Below are positions 47,512 through 56,642 of a stretch of 64,000 bases of DNA, one piece after another. How positions within the stretch are numbered: position 1 is the first letter of the stretch; each line of letters opens with the position of its first letter. The notes under the pieces were generated by a model. That model did no database searches. It had not been told where the DNA came from and saw only the letters and a program-made list of their open reading frames with translations. A program made the translations under genes and the position numbers. The stretch comes from a virus, in IMG/VR virus record IMGVR_UViG_3300035053_000291. One strand, 5' to 3'.

Positions 47512-48597
47512 CTATTGATACATAATTCTATCATATTCATCAATCTTCTTTGTTTTTCCTTCTTTCTTCTTGACAGTTGTCGGAATCTCTTCCAACATGG
47601 TCTTGACCTTTGATATATTATCTTCTATGATGTTGATATGTTTCAACAACCCTTTCTGTTTCTTTTCCAATTGTGCTACTCGATCTTCTATGTTTTCGTC
47701 AACTGTCGGCTGTTTTCTGAATTCGTTGATTTCTTTTCTGACCTGTTTGAATTCATTTTCCACATAACCCATCAAATCCCATGATTCCAATGCATCCACT
47801 GCATCATAGAGATCATTATCCAGTAGTGTCTGTTCAAAGTCTGCATTTCCTGAAGACATGTCCAGCATCTTTCCATCGATGTTTAATGAGAATCCTGCCG
47901 CCACTCGCTTTGCTTTTGGCGATAATGCTTTTTTTGTGACGTGTGGTTTCTGGATGCAGTGTAGGTCTTTCCATGATATCCTGATGTGTGCTTTTTTCTG
48001 GAACCATTTGAGCGCTTCGTAGACAATAGAGAATATGGCTACTCTTGCCGAGTCTAATGATTCTTTTGCAAATGGCATTTCTGGAATTATAATAATCAGA
48101 TTATCTTTACCGTGTTTTTCGAACGTCCATGCATCGAATTCATCGAAGATTTTGACCTTGTATTTGCGGACTGCACAATTTCCTCTATCATATTTGTTAC
48201 ATTTCTCGAAGAAACTACTGTACTCTCTCTCAATCTTGGTTTGATACCTCGCCTTCTGTAGAACGATTTCACGTCTAGGTCGTGGTTTGGTTGACAACTT
48301 TTTTTGGTCGTCTTCATCGTCTTTTTTCAGTTTGTAGACATCGTCAAACTCAATATATGTTGCTTCGTAGAATTTGATTCTTTCTTCAGGATTGATACAT
48401 TTGATTAAGTTATTTTTTTGGAATTCTTTAATTGTTTTTGAAACATATTGTCTACTAATACCGACGTATTTGGCAACTTTTGACTGTGTTAGCTGGTATC
48501 CTTTTCCATCCTTATGTTGCCCGGTTAACAGTTCATAGATCTCTTTTTTCTTATTGTTAGCCGATTTCACACCATCCCTCGTTTCTGCTCTGCCCAT
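47512..48597 (-). CDS. N-terminal wHTH protein, possible replication or regulatory protein; C-terminus MYQ
   Basis: LTQSKVAKYVGISRQYVSKTIKEFQKNNLI; probable GTG start near 48571. Confidence 0.7.
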   Translation of the reverse strand: MGRAETRDGVKSANNKKKEIYELLTGQHKDGKGYQLTQSKVAKYVGISRQYVSKTIKEFQKNNLIKCINPEERIKFYEATYIEFDDVYKLKKDDEDDQKKLSTKPRPRREIVLQKARYQTKIEREYSSFFEKCNKYDRGNCAVRKYKVKIFDEFDAWTFEKHGKDNLIIIIPEMPFAKESLDSARVAIFSIVYEALKWFQKKAHIRISWKDLHCIQKPHVTKKALSPKAKRVAAGFSLNIDGKMLDMSSGNADFEQTLLDNDLYDAVDALESWDLMGYVENEFKQVRKEINEFRKQPTVDENIEDRVAQLEKKQKGLLKHINIIEDNISKVKTMLEEIPTTVKKKEGKTKKIDEYDRIMYQ

Positions 48598-50224
48598 TTG
48601 TTTTTAATCCACTAAACCACCCTATTGTCAACCAAGTTGTCAACCAAGCTGACAAGGCGGTTTTCATTGCGTCTTTCCTCACCATTTTGCTAGTCCCATC
48701 CAGCAGAAACTTTGGTGAGATTCTAAAATAATATAATTGCTTTGATAAAAATATATTCGTTGTTGGTTTACCACCTCCAAAAAAAAGAAAGAAAAAGGGG
48801 ATCACAATGCATTCAAAACTGGGCCGAAATCGAAAAGTTTCGAACAGAATCTCTCCCGTTGGCCATTCCTGGGCCTCGGCGGGCCCATACTCGCTTCTCG
48901 AAGGGATTCCATTCGAAACAGGGGTTTTTGGCCCTTGTTTCGATTTTAGCGTACTTTCCTCTCTCCATTTTTTTGGAAATTTGAGGGCACGCTTGACCCA
49001 GTCAAAATGATGTCGATAATAATATTCTTCAGCATGTTGAAGATACCGTTCTTCAGTTGTTTTGATGGTATCGTGTCCTAAGAATGTGCTTACCCATCGT
49101 ATCGGATCTGGGTGTTTTTCTTCCCATTTATGTGTGATCCACATGATTGCTGCTGTATGCCGCATACAATATGGGTGATATCTCTCATCAACCAATTTCC
49201 CTTTCAGCCTGAGATTTTTTCCAAATGTTTTCAGAGTCCATGGTTTTCCAGTATATGGTGAAATAAACAGTCTGTCCCCTTTGTAATTTGGCGACACGAA
49301 CTTCGGTCTGATTCGGTAGTAGAAATTAGAGAAACTTTTTCTTGTCTTTGCATGCAACAATGAGTCAATAAGATACAACGGTCTTGTGGAATAGTGCTTT
49401 TTCTTTTCCACAACTCGGATATATGGTCTTTTCAGATCGTAAAGGTGGTTTGTCCGCATCATCCAGAGTTCGCTTGGCGGTCTAACACCCAACATAAATC
49501 CAAAGAAGAAAATGTATTGCCAGTACCTGTTTATTTCACGATCGTCATCGTATCCATCAAAGTGAAAAAACTTCGTGAATGTTTTAGGTTCCAACACCAA
49601 TACTTCTTTTCTTTCTGGTTTTGGCGGTAGACGATACTTATTCCATGGGTGATCTGGTAGGCCATATGCTTGTCTAAATGCTTCAGTTACATCTTTCCGA
49701 TGTTTGAGTCCGTAAAAGTTTTTTCCTGTTTCAGCGTCATAATAGTTTTGCTTATACCATTTCATGTGGTACCTGAATTGAGCGTAGTTTAGATTGAAAA
49801 AATCTATTGGAAAGGGATTCTCCTTTTCTGATGTTGCCATCAATCTTGCATATCGGCGGTAATGATTTATTGTTTCTTCTGACCGGTATAATTCTTCATC
49901 TGCATATTGTAAAACTGCATTGAGTAGTTCTTCAAATGTCTCATACGCTGAAGGATCTATAGCAAAAGGGTCTGCATTGTGATTGTTAATTATCTTGCTT
50001 ACATTTTTATGTTCCACCTGCCCCCCAACCTTTGTGGTTGATCTTCGGTCGACAAGTGGGCGTCCAAAATTGTTTTCTTTGCATTCTTCTTTTGTACCTC
50101 CCCCGTCTGCTTCTCGAGACGGTGGGAGTATATTGTTCTCTTTCTCTTTATTATTTTCCCTATTATCTAAATTAAATGAAAACGAAATGTTTTGGTTTGA
50201 TTCGTGTTCTTTTTCCCATCTCAT
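48557..50224 (-). CDS. int: Tyrosine recombinase/integrase
   Basis: GVRPPSEL (Arg), HPYCMRHT, FLGHDTIKTTEERY; low-complexity C-terminal extension after YGPAE. Confidence 0.9.
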   Translation of the reverse strand: MRWEKEHESNQNISFSFNLDNRENNKEKENNILPPSREADGGGTKEECKENNFGRPLVDRRSTTKVGGQVEHKNVSKIINNHNADPFAIDPSAYETFEELLNAVLQYADEELYRSEETINHYRRYARLMATSEKENPFPIDFFNLNYAQFRYHMKWYKQNYYDAETGKNFYGLKHRKDVTEAFRQAYGLPDHPWNKYRLPPKPERKEVLVLEPKTFTKFFHFDGYDDDREINRYWQYIFFFGFMLGVRPPSELWMMRTNHLYDLKRPYIRVVEKKKHYSTRPLYLIDSLLHAKTRKSFSNFYYRIRPKFVSPNYKGDRLFISPYTGKPWTLKTFGKNLRLKGKLVDERYHPYCMRHTAAIMWITHKWEEKHPDPIRWVSTFLGHDTIKTTEERYLQHAEEYYYRHHFDWVKRALKFPKKWREESTLKSKQGPKTPVSNGIPSRSEYGPAEAQEWPTGEILFETFRFRPSFECIVIPFFFLFFGGGKPTTNIFLSKQLYYFRISPKFLLDGTSKMVRKDAMKTALSAWLTTWLTIGWFSGLKTNGQSRNEGWCEIG

Positions 50225-50610
50225 CCGCTATTTCCTACACGGAAGTGCGGGAGCAATTGAGAGCAAATACTCTCACCAAATAGTTGTGCAAATGCAAAAT
50301 GCACATCTTTCCTACTTCTGCTCTGCCCGCACCATCAAGGTGCAAACCCCTATAATGGAATAAGATGTATATTAATGTGTTTTTATTTTTACAGGATAGC
50401 GACAGGTGTCAGCTGAAAAAAAGAGAGGAAATAATGGCGCCAACGACGATGCCACACATAGTACAAACAGTGTAGAACATCAGTTTGACTGCCAACATTC
50501 TTCGTTCCCATGGATTGAGATTCACGTCAGCACCACCGTCAAAATTATCAGGACAATTCCATAGGCAGAAACACCAGAGGACACAAGCAACGCTTCCTTC
50601 TGTTCTTTGT

Positions 50611-50700
50611 TCATGGTCTGACCTTCCCGCAGTGGATGCAGGTCATGGCCCTTCCCGAATTTCGTTTGTTGCAGCCGGGGCACACCCATTTTTCCATCAT
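50611..50700 (-). CDS. RanBP2-type Zn-finger micro-protein (29 aa)
   Basis: WVCPGCNKRNSGRAMTCIHCG; ATGA overlaps on both sides. Confidence 0.7.
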   Translation of the reverse strand: MMEKWVCPGCNKRNSGRAMTCIHCGKVRP

Positions 50701-50963
50701 ATTTTCGCCTCCTCTATATTCTCCACAATCTGGTACCTGTCCTGACTGATCTTCTTGAGGATTCCTTTTTGACTAAGGATTCTGGTTCCCTGCGCCAGTT
50801 TTCTGGGTGAGAGATCAAGGCCGTACATGCGGTTGAGTTTCTGGACGTCCCATTTCGACTTGAAGAATCTCAACCCTTTCTTCTCCTTGAGATATTGCAG
50901 GAGGAGTTCTGCTGTCTCTTGTTGGTTCACTATTCCACCCGGATCCCGCGTTTCTTCCCGCAA
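50697..50963 (-). CDS. wHTH-like hypothetical protein
   Basis: LSPRKLAQGTRILSQKGIL. Confidence 0.6.
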   Translation of the reverse strand: MREETRDPGGIVNQQETAELLLQYLKEKKGLRFFKSKWDVQKLNRMYGLDLSPRKLAQGTRILSQKGILKKISQDRYQIVENIEEAKI

Positions 50964-51265
50964 AAGGGGCAGACCATCTTCCGGCTCTTGTCACTACTTG
51001 CCACTACAAAAGACCTGCCGCATTCATCACAGGCAACAATACGGTTTCGTTCCGGTAATCTGAATGAATTCACTTTGATCAGATGTTTGTCCTGCAGGGT
51101 TTTCATGCCCTGTCCCTTAGCTACTTGTTCTGATTCTGCTAACAGTTCATCCAATACGGCTTCTATCGTGCTCTTTGCCTCCTCAACAAATGAAGGGCTT
51201 ACCTTCAACTCAGTATTCTTTCTGATAAAATTACCAATATTATAGACATTTGATACTTTGCTCAA
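50930..51265 (-). CDS. Histone-fold protein fused to a Zn ribbon
   Basis: IGNFIRK..KVSPSFVEE...AESEQVAKGQGMKTLQDKHL, then CDEC...CPFC. Confidence 0.75.
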   Translation of the reverse strand: MSKVSNVYNIGNFIRKNTELKVSPSFVEEAKSTIEAVLDELLAESEQVAKGQGMKTLQDKHLIKVNSFRLPERNRIVACDECGRSFVVASSDKSRKMVCPFCGKKRGIRVE

Positions 51266-51267
51266 TC

Positions 51268-51807
51268 TTATTCCTCCTCGATCTGTTCTTTAATAAACTC
51301 TAATCGTTCTTCCGTGGTCGTCATTCGTTTGACGTCCAGATTCATCTTGTGAATATAATCATAAATAATAACGTCGATGTGATGCTGAAATGTCCTGTTC
51401 GTGCTTCTCCTGCCATCATCAACCAGATATTCTGGCTCCCCCATCGGTGAAAGATAAAAAACGACGTCGTAAGTCATTTTGATGTATCCCCGAATGAAAT
51501 TTTGCAGTGTTTCTGATACGATTTTGTCCAATCTTTTGGTATATGCCAACACATCCAGCAACGTGCGGTCACTGATCGTTATCTGTGAGGTGGATTCTAT
51601 TTCTTCTTTCATCATCGTTGCAAGAATCCATAATTGCGATCTGACCGTTGATTTCTCATTGATGGGAAGCGGACATCTTCTGGCAACATTGGATTTGATC
51701 GAAACATCGTATCCTTCTTTTTTCAAGGCCGTTGCCAGCTCAAATACTGCGGTCGTCTTCCCGGTTCCATGTGTTCCGGTGAATCCGATGTGCATCAAAT
51801 CACCCAA
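51268..51807 (-). CDS. AAA_28/NadR-Ttd14-like nucleotide kinase
   Basis: IGFTGTHGTGKTT, ISDRTLLDVLAY, YDVVFYL. Confidence 0.8.
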   Translation of the reverse strand: MGDLMHIGFTGTHGTGKTTAVFELATALKKEGYDVSIKSNVARRCPLPINEKSTVRSQLWILATMMKEEIESTSQITISDRTLLDVLAYTKRLDKIVSETLQNFIRGYIKMTYDVVFYLSPMGEPEYLVDDGRRSTNRTFQHHIDVIIYDYIHKMNLDVKRMTTTEERLEFIKEQIEEE

Positions 51808-51972
51808 ACATTTCTAAAATGGTCTGTTCTTCTGGCTGTTCTTTGTCTCCCGGTCGTTTTCCTTTGTAGAATTCTTTGATGAGATCCTCTGATGTGTCCC
51901 ATTCTAGTTCCCGTTTTTCCATGTCGTTCCAGACAGGTGTCTTGCCGGGAAGGTTAAGAAATACTTTCGATT

Positions 51973-52158
51973 TCATTTTTTCCTCACCACTGCTAACGCT
52001 TTGTTGACTTCTTCCAGTCTTGCTTCGATTAACTGGTTAGCCTTGTACACAAGTTCTTCTGGGACTCCTTTGGTATTTTTGTTTGCCTCTTCTCTCATCT
52101 CTTCTAATTCTCTCTTTCTTTTCTGCAAGTATGCATTTAGAAAAAAATCACTTGGCAT
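51973..52158 (-). CDS. Hypothetical coiled-coil protein
   Basis: ORF track, GGAGG SD. Confidence 0.65.
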   Translation of the reverse strand: MPSDFFLNAYLQKRKRELEEMREEANKNTKGVPEELVYKANQLIEARLEEVNKALAVVRKK

Positions 52159-52161
52159 TTT

Positions 52162-52674
52162 CTATTCCTCCTTTTTTCTGCTCTGCCTTTTTTCCGTCAG
52201 CAAACGGATCAGGTCGTCACCTGTCCGCTCGTTGAGTTCTTGAATTCCCGTAAGATGGATGTAGGTTTCTGCCAGTGCTTTCCCATGGCTTCCCTCGCCG
52301 GAATAATCTGTTGCTCCTCCGCAGATGATGTGATGGATCTGCTGAGTCTGGTCACCTTCTTTCAGCATCTCCGCACCAAAATAGATGTGGTTCTGATTGT
52401 CACCCATAGGAATCTTCCACTGCTCGAATCCGATGATATAATATCCTTCTCTCCTTAATTCCTGCACCTTTCTGATCCACTGGCCGATACTTGACGTGTA
52501 GCCATCCATGCCGATCCAGAGAACGGTATCGCTGATGGGAATCAGTTCAATCTCTATGGTGCCGTAGACCGGATATTTACCCGATAAAATCTTGGTGACA
52601 TCCTCCATCAGATCTCCTTTATTGTATTGTTGCATGGTGGGTCCTCCCTTTCTGCTTTGCCAGATCGAATGCAT
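52162..52674 (-). CDS. Hypothetical protein
   Basis: ORF track; probable start MQQYNK. Confidence 0.65.
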   Translation of the reverse strand: MHSIWQSRKGGPTMQQYNKGDLMEDVTKILSGKYPVYGTIEIELIPISDTVLWIGMDGYTSSIGQWIRKVQELRREGYYIIGFEQWKIPMGDNQNHIYFGAEMLKEGDQTQQIHHIICGGATDYSGEGSHGKALAETYIHLTGIQELNERTGDDLIRLLTEKRQSRKKEE

Positions 52675-53149
52675 CTTTCATCTTCTTGAAGAACGGGTCT
52701 TTGAATACTTTTCCCACAGCCCATTCTGTGAATTCCTCTCCTTCCTCTTCGATCATCTTCTTTCGGAGTCTTAATGCCTCATAGGGATTGCTTTTTATGA
52801 GGTCATATAATTCCTTTCTCAACCATCTAACCTGATTATAGAGATAATACCGTTCAATGTCCTTTTTGCTGTATTTGCGGGGTTTTTTCTGGTATGCTTT
52901 CTGTTTGCACGAATCTTTGCAATAAATCTGAGTGGGGGTGTTCTTGGTGAATCTTTTCTTGCATATGGGGCATACTGCCATTCCGAATTTTTCTCTCAGT
53001 TCGATATTGTTTTCTCTTAGTTGTGTTCTGATAAGATATGGTGAAACATTGAACAATCTACTGATCTTTCTCACGGACCATTTCTTCTGCTGATAAAGAT
53101 ATCTGATCAGTTCTATTTCCTCACTTTTGAATGTTTTTTTTCTCGCCAT
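52619..53149 (-). CDS. HTH plus Zn-finger DNA-binding protein
   Basis: WSVRKISRLFNVSPYLI; CPIC...YCKDSC. Confidence 0.75.
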   Translation of the reverse strand: MARKKTFKSEEIELIRYLYQQKKWSVRKISRLFNVSPYLIRTQLRENNIELREKFGMAVCPICKKRFTKNTPTQIYCKDSCKQKAYQKKPRKYSKKDIERYYLYNQVRWLRKELYDLIKSNPYEALRLRKKMIEEEGEEFTEWAVGKVFKDPFFKKMKDAFDLAKQKGRTHHATIQ

Positions 53150-53313
53150 CTTTCCTCACTTTTTTCTGCTCTGCCATTATTATGCGATGCTTCCTTCTGA
53201 AAACACCTCAAGAACCTTAAAAATTGTTTTTTCATATTTTTTATTGATCAGGTAGGTGGTTTCAGTGTTTCCTTCTTTTATGATTACTTCCATTTATTTT
53301 TCCTCCAGTTTTT

Positions 53314-53634
53314 TTATCTCTCTGCTTTTTTCACTAATTCAACAAACTCCTCAGCATCCATGATAGCTATCCATTTCTTGTTGTTCCTTCGGTGGACAAC
53401 AACCGGGGTTTGGTCTTTTCTTGCATCTTCTTCTGCTTGCTCTAGCGATTGATATAGTCGTAATTGTTCCACTCGTTTCACTTCAAAATGAATCTTGTCA
53501 AAATCTGAAATAATGTCAGGACTATCGGGAGTTCCTTTGAATTGTTGCCCTCTTCTTGCATTAATATCATGTTCTTTCAGGAAATGGACAAATTCCAGTT
53601 CGCCCTTTTTCCCTTTTCTGCAACTGTTTACCAT
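53314..53634 (-). CDS. Holliday junction resolvase-like PD-(D/E)xK nuclease
   Basis: KGKKGELE...PDII...HFEVKR. Confidence 0.8.
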   Translation of the reverse strand: MVNSCRKGKKGELEFVHFLKEHDINARRGQQFKGTPDSPDIISDFDKIHFEVKRVEQLRLYQSLEQAEEDARKDQTPVVVHRRNNKKWIAIMDAEEFVELVKKAER

Positions 53635-53742
53635 GTCATTTCTCTCCTCTTTGGAGGGAGGGAAGGCGAGGAAAAATGGTTATATACGAAAAACAGGAAA
53701 CATGATCCCTCGCCTATGATATTACTAATTCTCTTCTTGGTC

Positions 53743-53952
53743 TTAAACTCCTGTTTTGATTCTTCTCAATTTCTTCGTCGAAACCGTTATCTCTTGGTTC
53801 TTTCCCATAATCCTTACTACTGATTTTACTCCGTTCACTCGCTTTATTAACATTGCTTTCTGAATCTTTCCATCGACAAAAACACCGCAGGTGTCTCCGA
53901 TGGTCAACTGGTCTTTGTACATTTTTTCCTCCTTTTTTTCTTGCTCTGCCAT
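53743..53952 (-). CDS. Small beta (SH3-like) protein
   Basis: ORF track; probable start MYKDQ. Confidence 0.55.
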   Translation of the reverse strand: MAEQEKKEEKMYKDQLTIGDTCGVFVDGKIQKAMLIKRVNGVKSVVRIMGKNQEITVSTKKLRRIKTGV

Positions 53953-53954
53953 TT

Positions 53955-56642
53955 TCAGTTTTCAAGCAATTCCTGTTGGAATGCTTTACTGAATGTTTCT
54001 TCCGTCTCTTTGTTGTAGAATGGAAGACCAATAATCCTTATTTTTTTGTCCGTGTAGACAGGAATTGCTTTTTCTTTGATTTCATTTAGAAAGTGTTGCT
54101 TCCATGCTTCTTTTCCCTCCTCGAATGTTTCATCATCTCCTTTCCATTGGTCGCCCTTTGGTTCGATGAAGAGCTGATACAACACCTGTTTCTTTTTGTT
54201 TTTGTCTGATAGAGTGAGGATGAAATCTGGCTGGAATGTTCTTCCATCTTTGAAACTATATATGTTTACTTTCTGTTCATTTCTAATCAGGTAGATATTG
54301 TCATAATGTTCTCTCAATCGTTGTTGCATTCTATCAAAATATCTGAGGAAGTGTTTTTCTTCTGATGTCCCATGATTCTCTTCAAATATATACCAGTCTT
54401 TCTTCTCCAAATCCATTCTAAGCTCCCTATTTGTCTCTCTGCTCATGGGAATGCCGTGCCCCGTCTGTTTGATCAATTTCACCTTGTAAACCAGGTCGTT
54501 GAAGATGTCTTTAATGCTAACTGCATAGAATTCTTCAGTTCCCTTGTATACTGTTGAGTTTGCCAAGGTCTTTTCCTGGATTTTAGAGAGAACGTGGTAA
54601 GCGACCTGTAGTTTTTCCTGTTGGTTAATCTGTTGCATCTGCTGGTAGGTTCCCGCAATAGTAATCTTCATATCTCCAAGATAATCTGATGAGGTGATGA
54701 ATTCCTGTTTTGACTTGATGTGCGGATAGTATCTTTTCAACCATTCAAATTTGAAGAAGCGCATCTTCTGCATAGCATAACGGATGACGTGTTCATCTAC
54801 ATCTTTTAGTTTGATTTCTTTTGTCTGTGTGCCGTTTTCCTGTTTGAATTCTCCGTTTTCCATGATTTTTATATCTTCCTGTTTCCCTGTTGGTAATTGC
54901 ACTGTGATGTTTACCTCTTTAATTCCCTCTCGCAATGAATGGATCTCTGTTCTAGGATGTGGGATTCTTTTATTGACCATGATCTTTCCTCGTTTGTACA
55001 TGGCAGTCCGTTTGAATGATGGTTTCATCTTTTCAATTATTTTTGTTGGTTTTTCCTCATCCAAAATACCTGTCCTGATCAATTCAGATCGAAGTGCTTT
55101 GATGTATGTTGGAATTCTTTTGCAGTGAAAATGCAAAGTTTCCAAGCAGCGTAACTCATTGGCTTGATCACCATCATATTTTCGTTTATTCATTGGTTGT
55201 TCTTCTGATATCCGATACGGGTAATTCCTGGCACCACGTCCAATGAGCTGTGCTTCCTTGACCGTGGTCTTTCCTGGTTTATCTTCCGATTCTGCCTTAG
55301 TATCATACAATCGGACGATGTCATATAGATTCAAAACATCCCATCCCTCGTTCAGTTTGTCCACAACAAATATTGCTCTGATCTCATTAGATGGTTCCTC
55401 CAGGTTGTTCACCAACACCTGATTTTCTTCTGTTTCTTCTTTGGAATTGACTGCGATACAACGCTCTGGTGAAAAATCAACCTGCAATTCCTTGATCAAT
55501 GAATCATATGATATCCCTTTTCTTTTGAAATAATTGAATGCATCAGCAACGATGTGTCTTGCATGTTGTTCAATGTTCTGCAACTCTTCTTTGGACAATT
55601 GTCGCAATTTTTCGTGGAATTCTTCTTCTATCTCTTCTGATACCACGGCATTTTTATGACGGTTCTTCGGCGGATTCACATAATTTGATTTGAATAGAAC
55701 CACTGGTTTTACATACAAATCATGATCGATGGCTACCTTCTTCCGATATTGACTGACAATAATGGCCTGAAGTATACGTTCCCATGCATCTGTATCGGAA
55801 TCATGGACCATGACATCTTTTGAATATTTGTCTTTTCTGAATTGGCGAAGATCATACTGATAGATTAGTTTGTCATGATATTTTTCTCTTACATTCTTGT
55901 TGTTCAATTTCGCTGTTGCAGTGAATTCCATCAATATGTTTTCCTTATTAGCAAAAAGAATGTTTGCAATGGTGTCCTCCCAAGTCTTTTCCTCTCTTTT
56001 TTCTGCTATTGTGGTAGCATTGGTATGATGTGCCTCATCAGATAACATGACGATCTTCAAATCTTCAAAATCAGCATAGGTGATCATATTCTCCTTTGGC
56101 GTGTTCATCCGTGAGTGTAGTCCTTGGATAGTGGTAAATAAAATGTTGATGTCGTTTTCATTTGCCTCCTCAAAAGATTGCACTTCATTGACTTCGACGA
56201 CTTGGCCATCAATAAGGATCTCATCAGCAAACAGATATTTCTTCTTGGTCTTATCCGTGAAATTGATACGGGTTTTATCGATGACTGTGGTGCTATTCAC
56301 GAAAAACAGGAAGTTTCGATAGCCTTGTTTGTACAGATAGATCATCAATTCTGCCATCAAGGGAGTTTTTCCTGAACCTGTGGCCATTTCATACAACACA
56401 TGAACGGGTTTTTTGTTGGCCATCTCATACTCTTCGATGAACAATCTGGTGATGTTGAATGCTTCTGTTTGATAATATCGTTCTTCGAACCTGCGAGACA
56501 TGTTCTCCATTACATAGGTTGGCAATAGCATCTCCCGAATGGTCTTTGCACCAAATTCATTGATGACCCAGTCCTGCAGGAAATCCTCACTGGTCGTTCC
56601 ACCGCCAAAAGTCGTCTGGCGTAATGCAGTCACCTTACTCAC
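53955..56642 (-). CDS. res: Type III restriction enzyme Res subunit
   Basis: MATGSGKT, SDEAHH, LNEGWDV, QLIGRGAR, PDF...FIEPKG. Confidence 0.93.
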   Translation of the reverse strand: MSKVTALRQTTFGGGTTSEDFLQDWVINEFGAKTIREMLLPTYVMENMSRRFEERYYQTEAFNITRLFIEEYEMANKKPVHVLYEMATGSGKTPLMAELMIYLYKQGYRNFLFFVNSTTVIDKTRINFTDKTKKKYLFADEILIDGQVVEVNEVQSFEEANENDINILFTTIQGLHSRMNTPKENMITYADFEDLKIVMLSDEAHHTNATTIAEKREEKTWEDTIANILFANKENILMEFTATAKLNNKNVREKYHDKLIYQYDLRQFRKDKYSKDVMVHDSDTDAWERILQAIIVSQYRKKVAIDHDLYVKPVVLFKSNYVNPPKNRHKNAVVSEEIEEEFHEKLRQLSKEELQNIEQHARHIVADAFNYFKRKGISYDSLIKELQVDFSPERCIAVNSKEETEENQVLVNNLEEPSNEIRAIFVVDKLNEGWDVLNLYDIVRLYDTKAESEDKPGKTTVKEAQLIGRGARNYPYRISEEQPMNKRKYDGDQANELRCLETLHFHCKRIPTYIKALRSELIRTGILDEEKPTKIIEKMKPSFKRTAMYKRGKIMVNKRIPHPRTEIHSLREGIKEVNITVQLPTGKQEDIKIMENGEFKQENGTQTKEIKLKDVDEHVIRYAMQKMRFFKFEWLKRYYPHIKSKQEFITSSDYLGDMKITIAGTYQQMQQINQQEKLQVAYHVLSKIQEKTLANSTVYKGTEEFYAVSIKDIFNDLVYKVKLIKQTGHGIPMSRETNRELRMDLEKKDWYIFEENHGTSEEKHFLRYFDRMQQRLREHYDNIYLIRNEQKVNIYSFKDGRTFQPDFILTLSDKNKKKQVLYQLFIEPKGDQWKGDDETFEEGKEAWKQHFLNEIKEKAIPVYTDKKIRIIGLPFYNKETEETFSKAFQQELLEN

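Noticed and set aside
347-52674. Many proteins ending in EE
   Set aside because: Explained by the GGAGGAATAA SD overlapping the stop codon (translational coupling)
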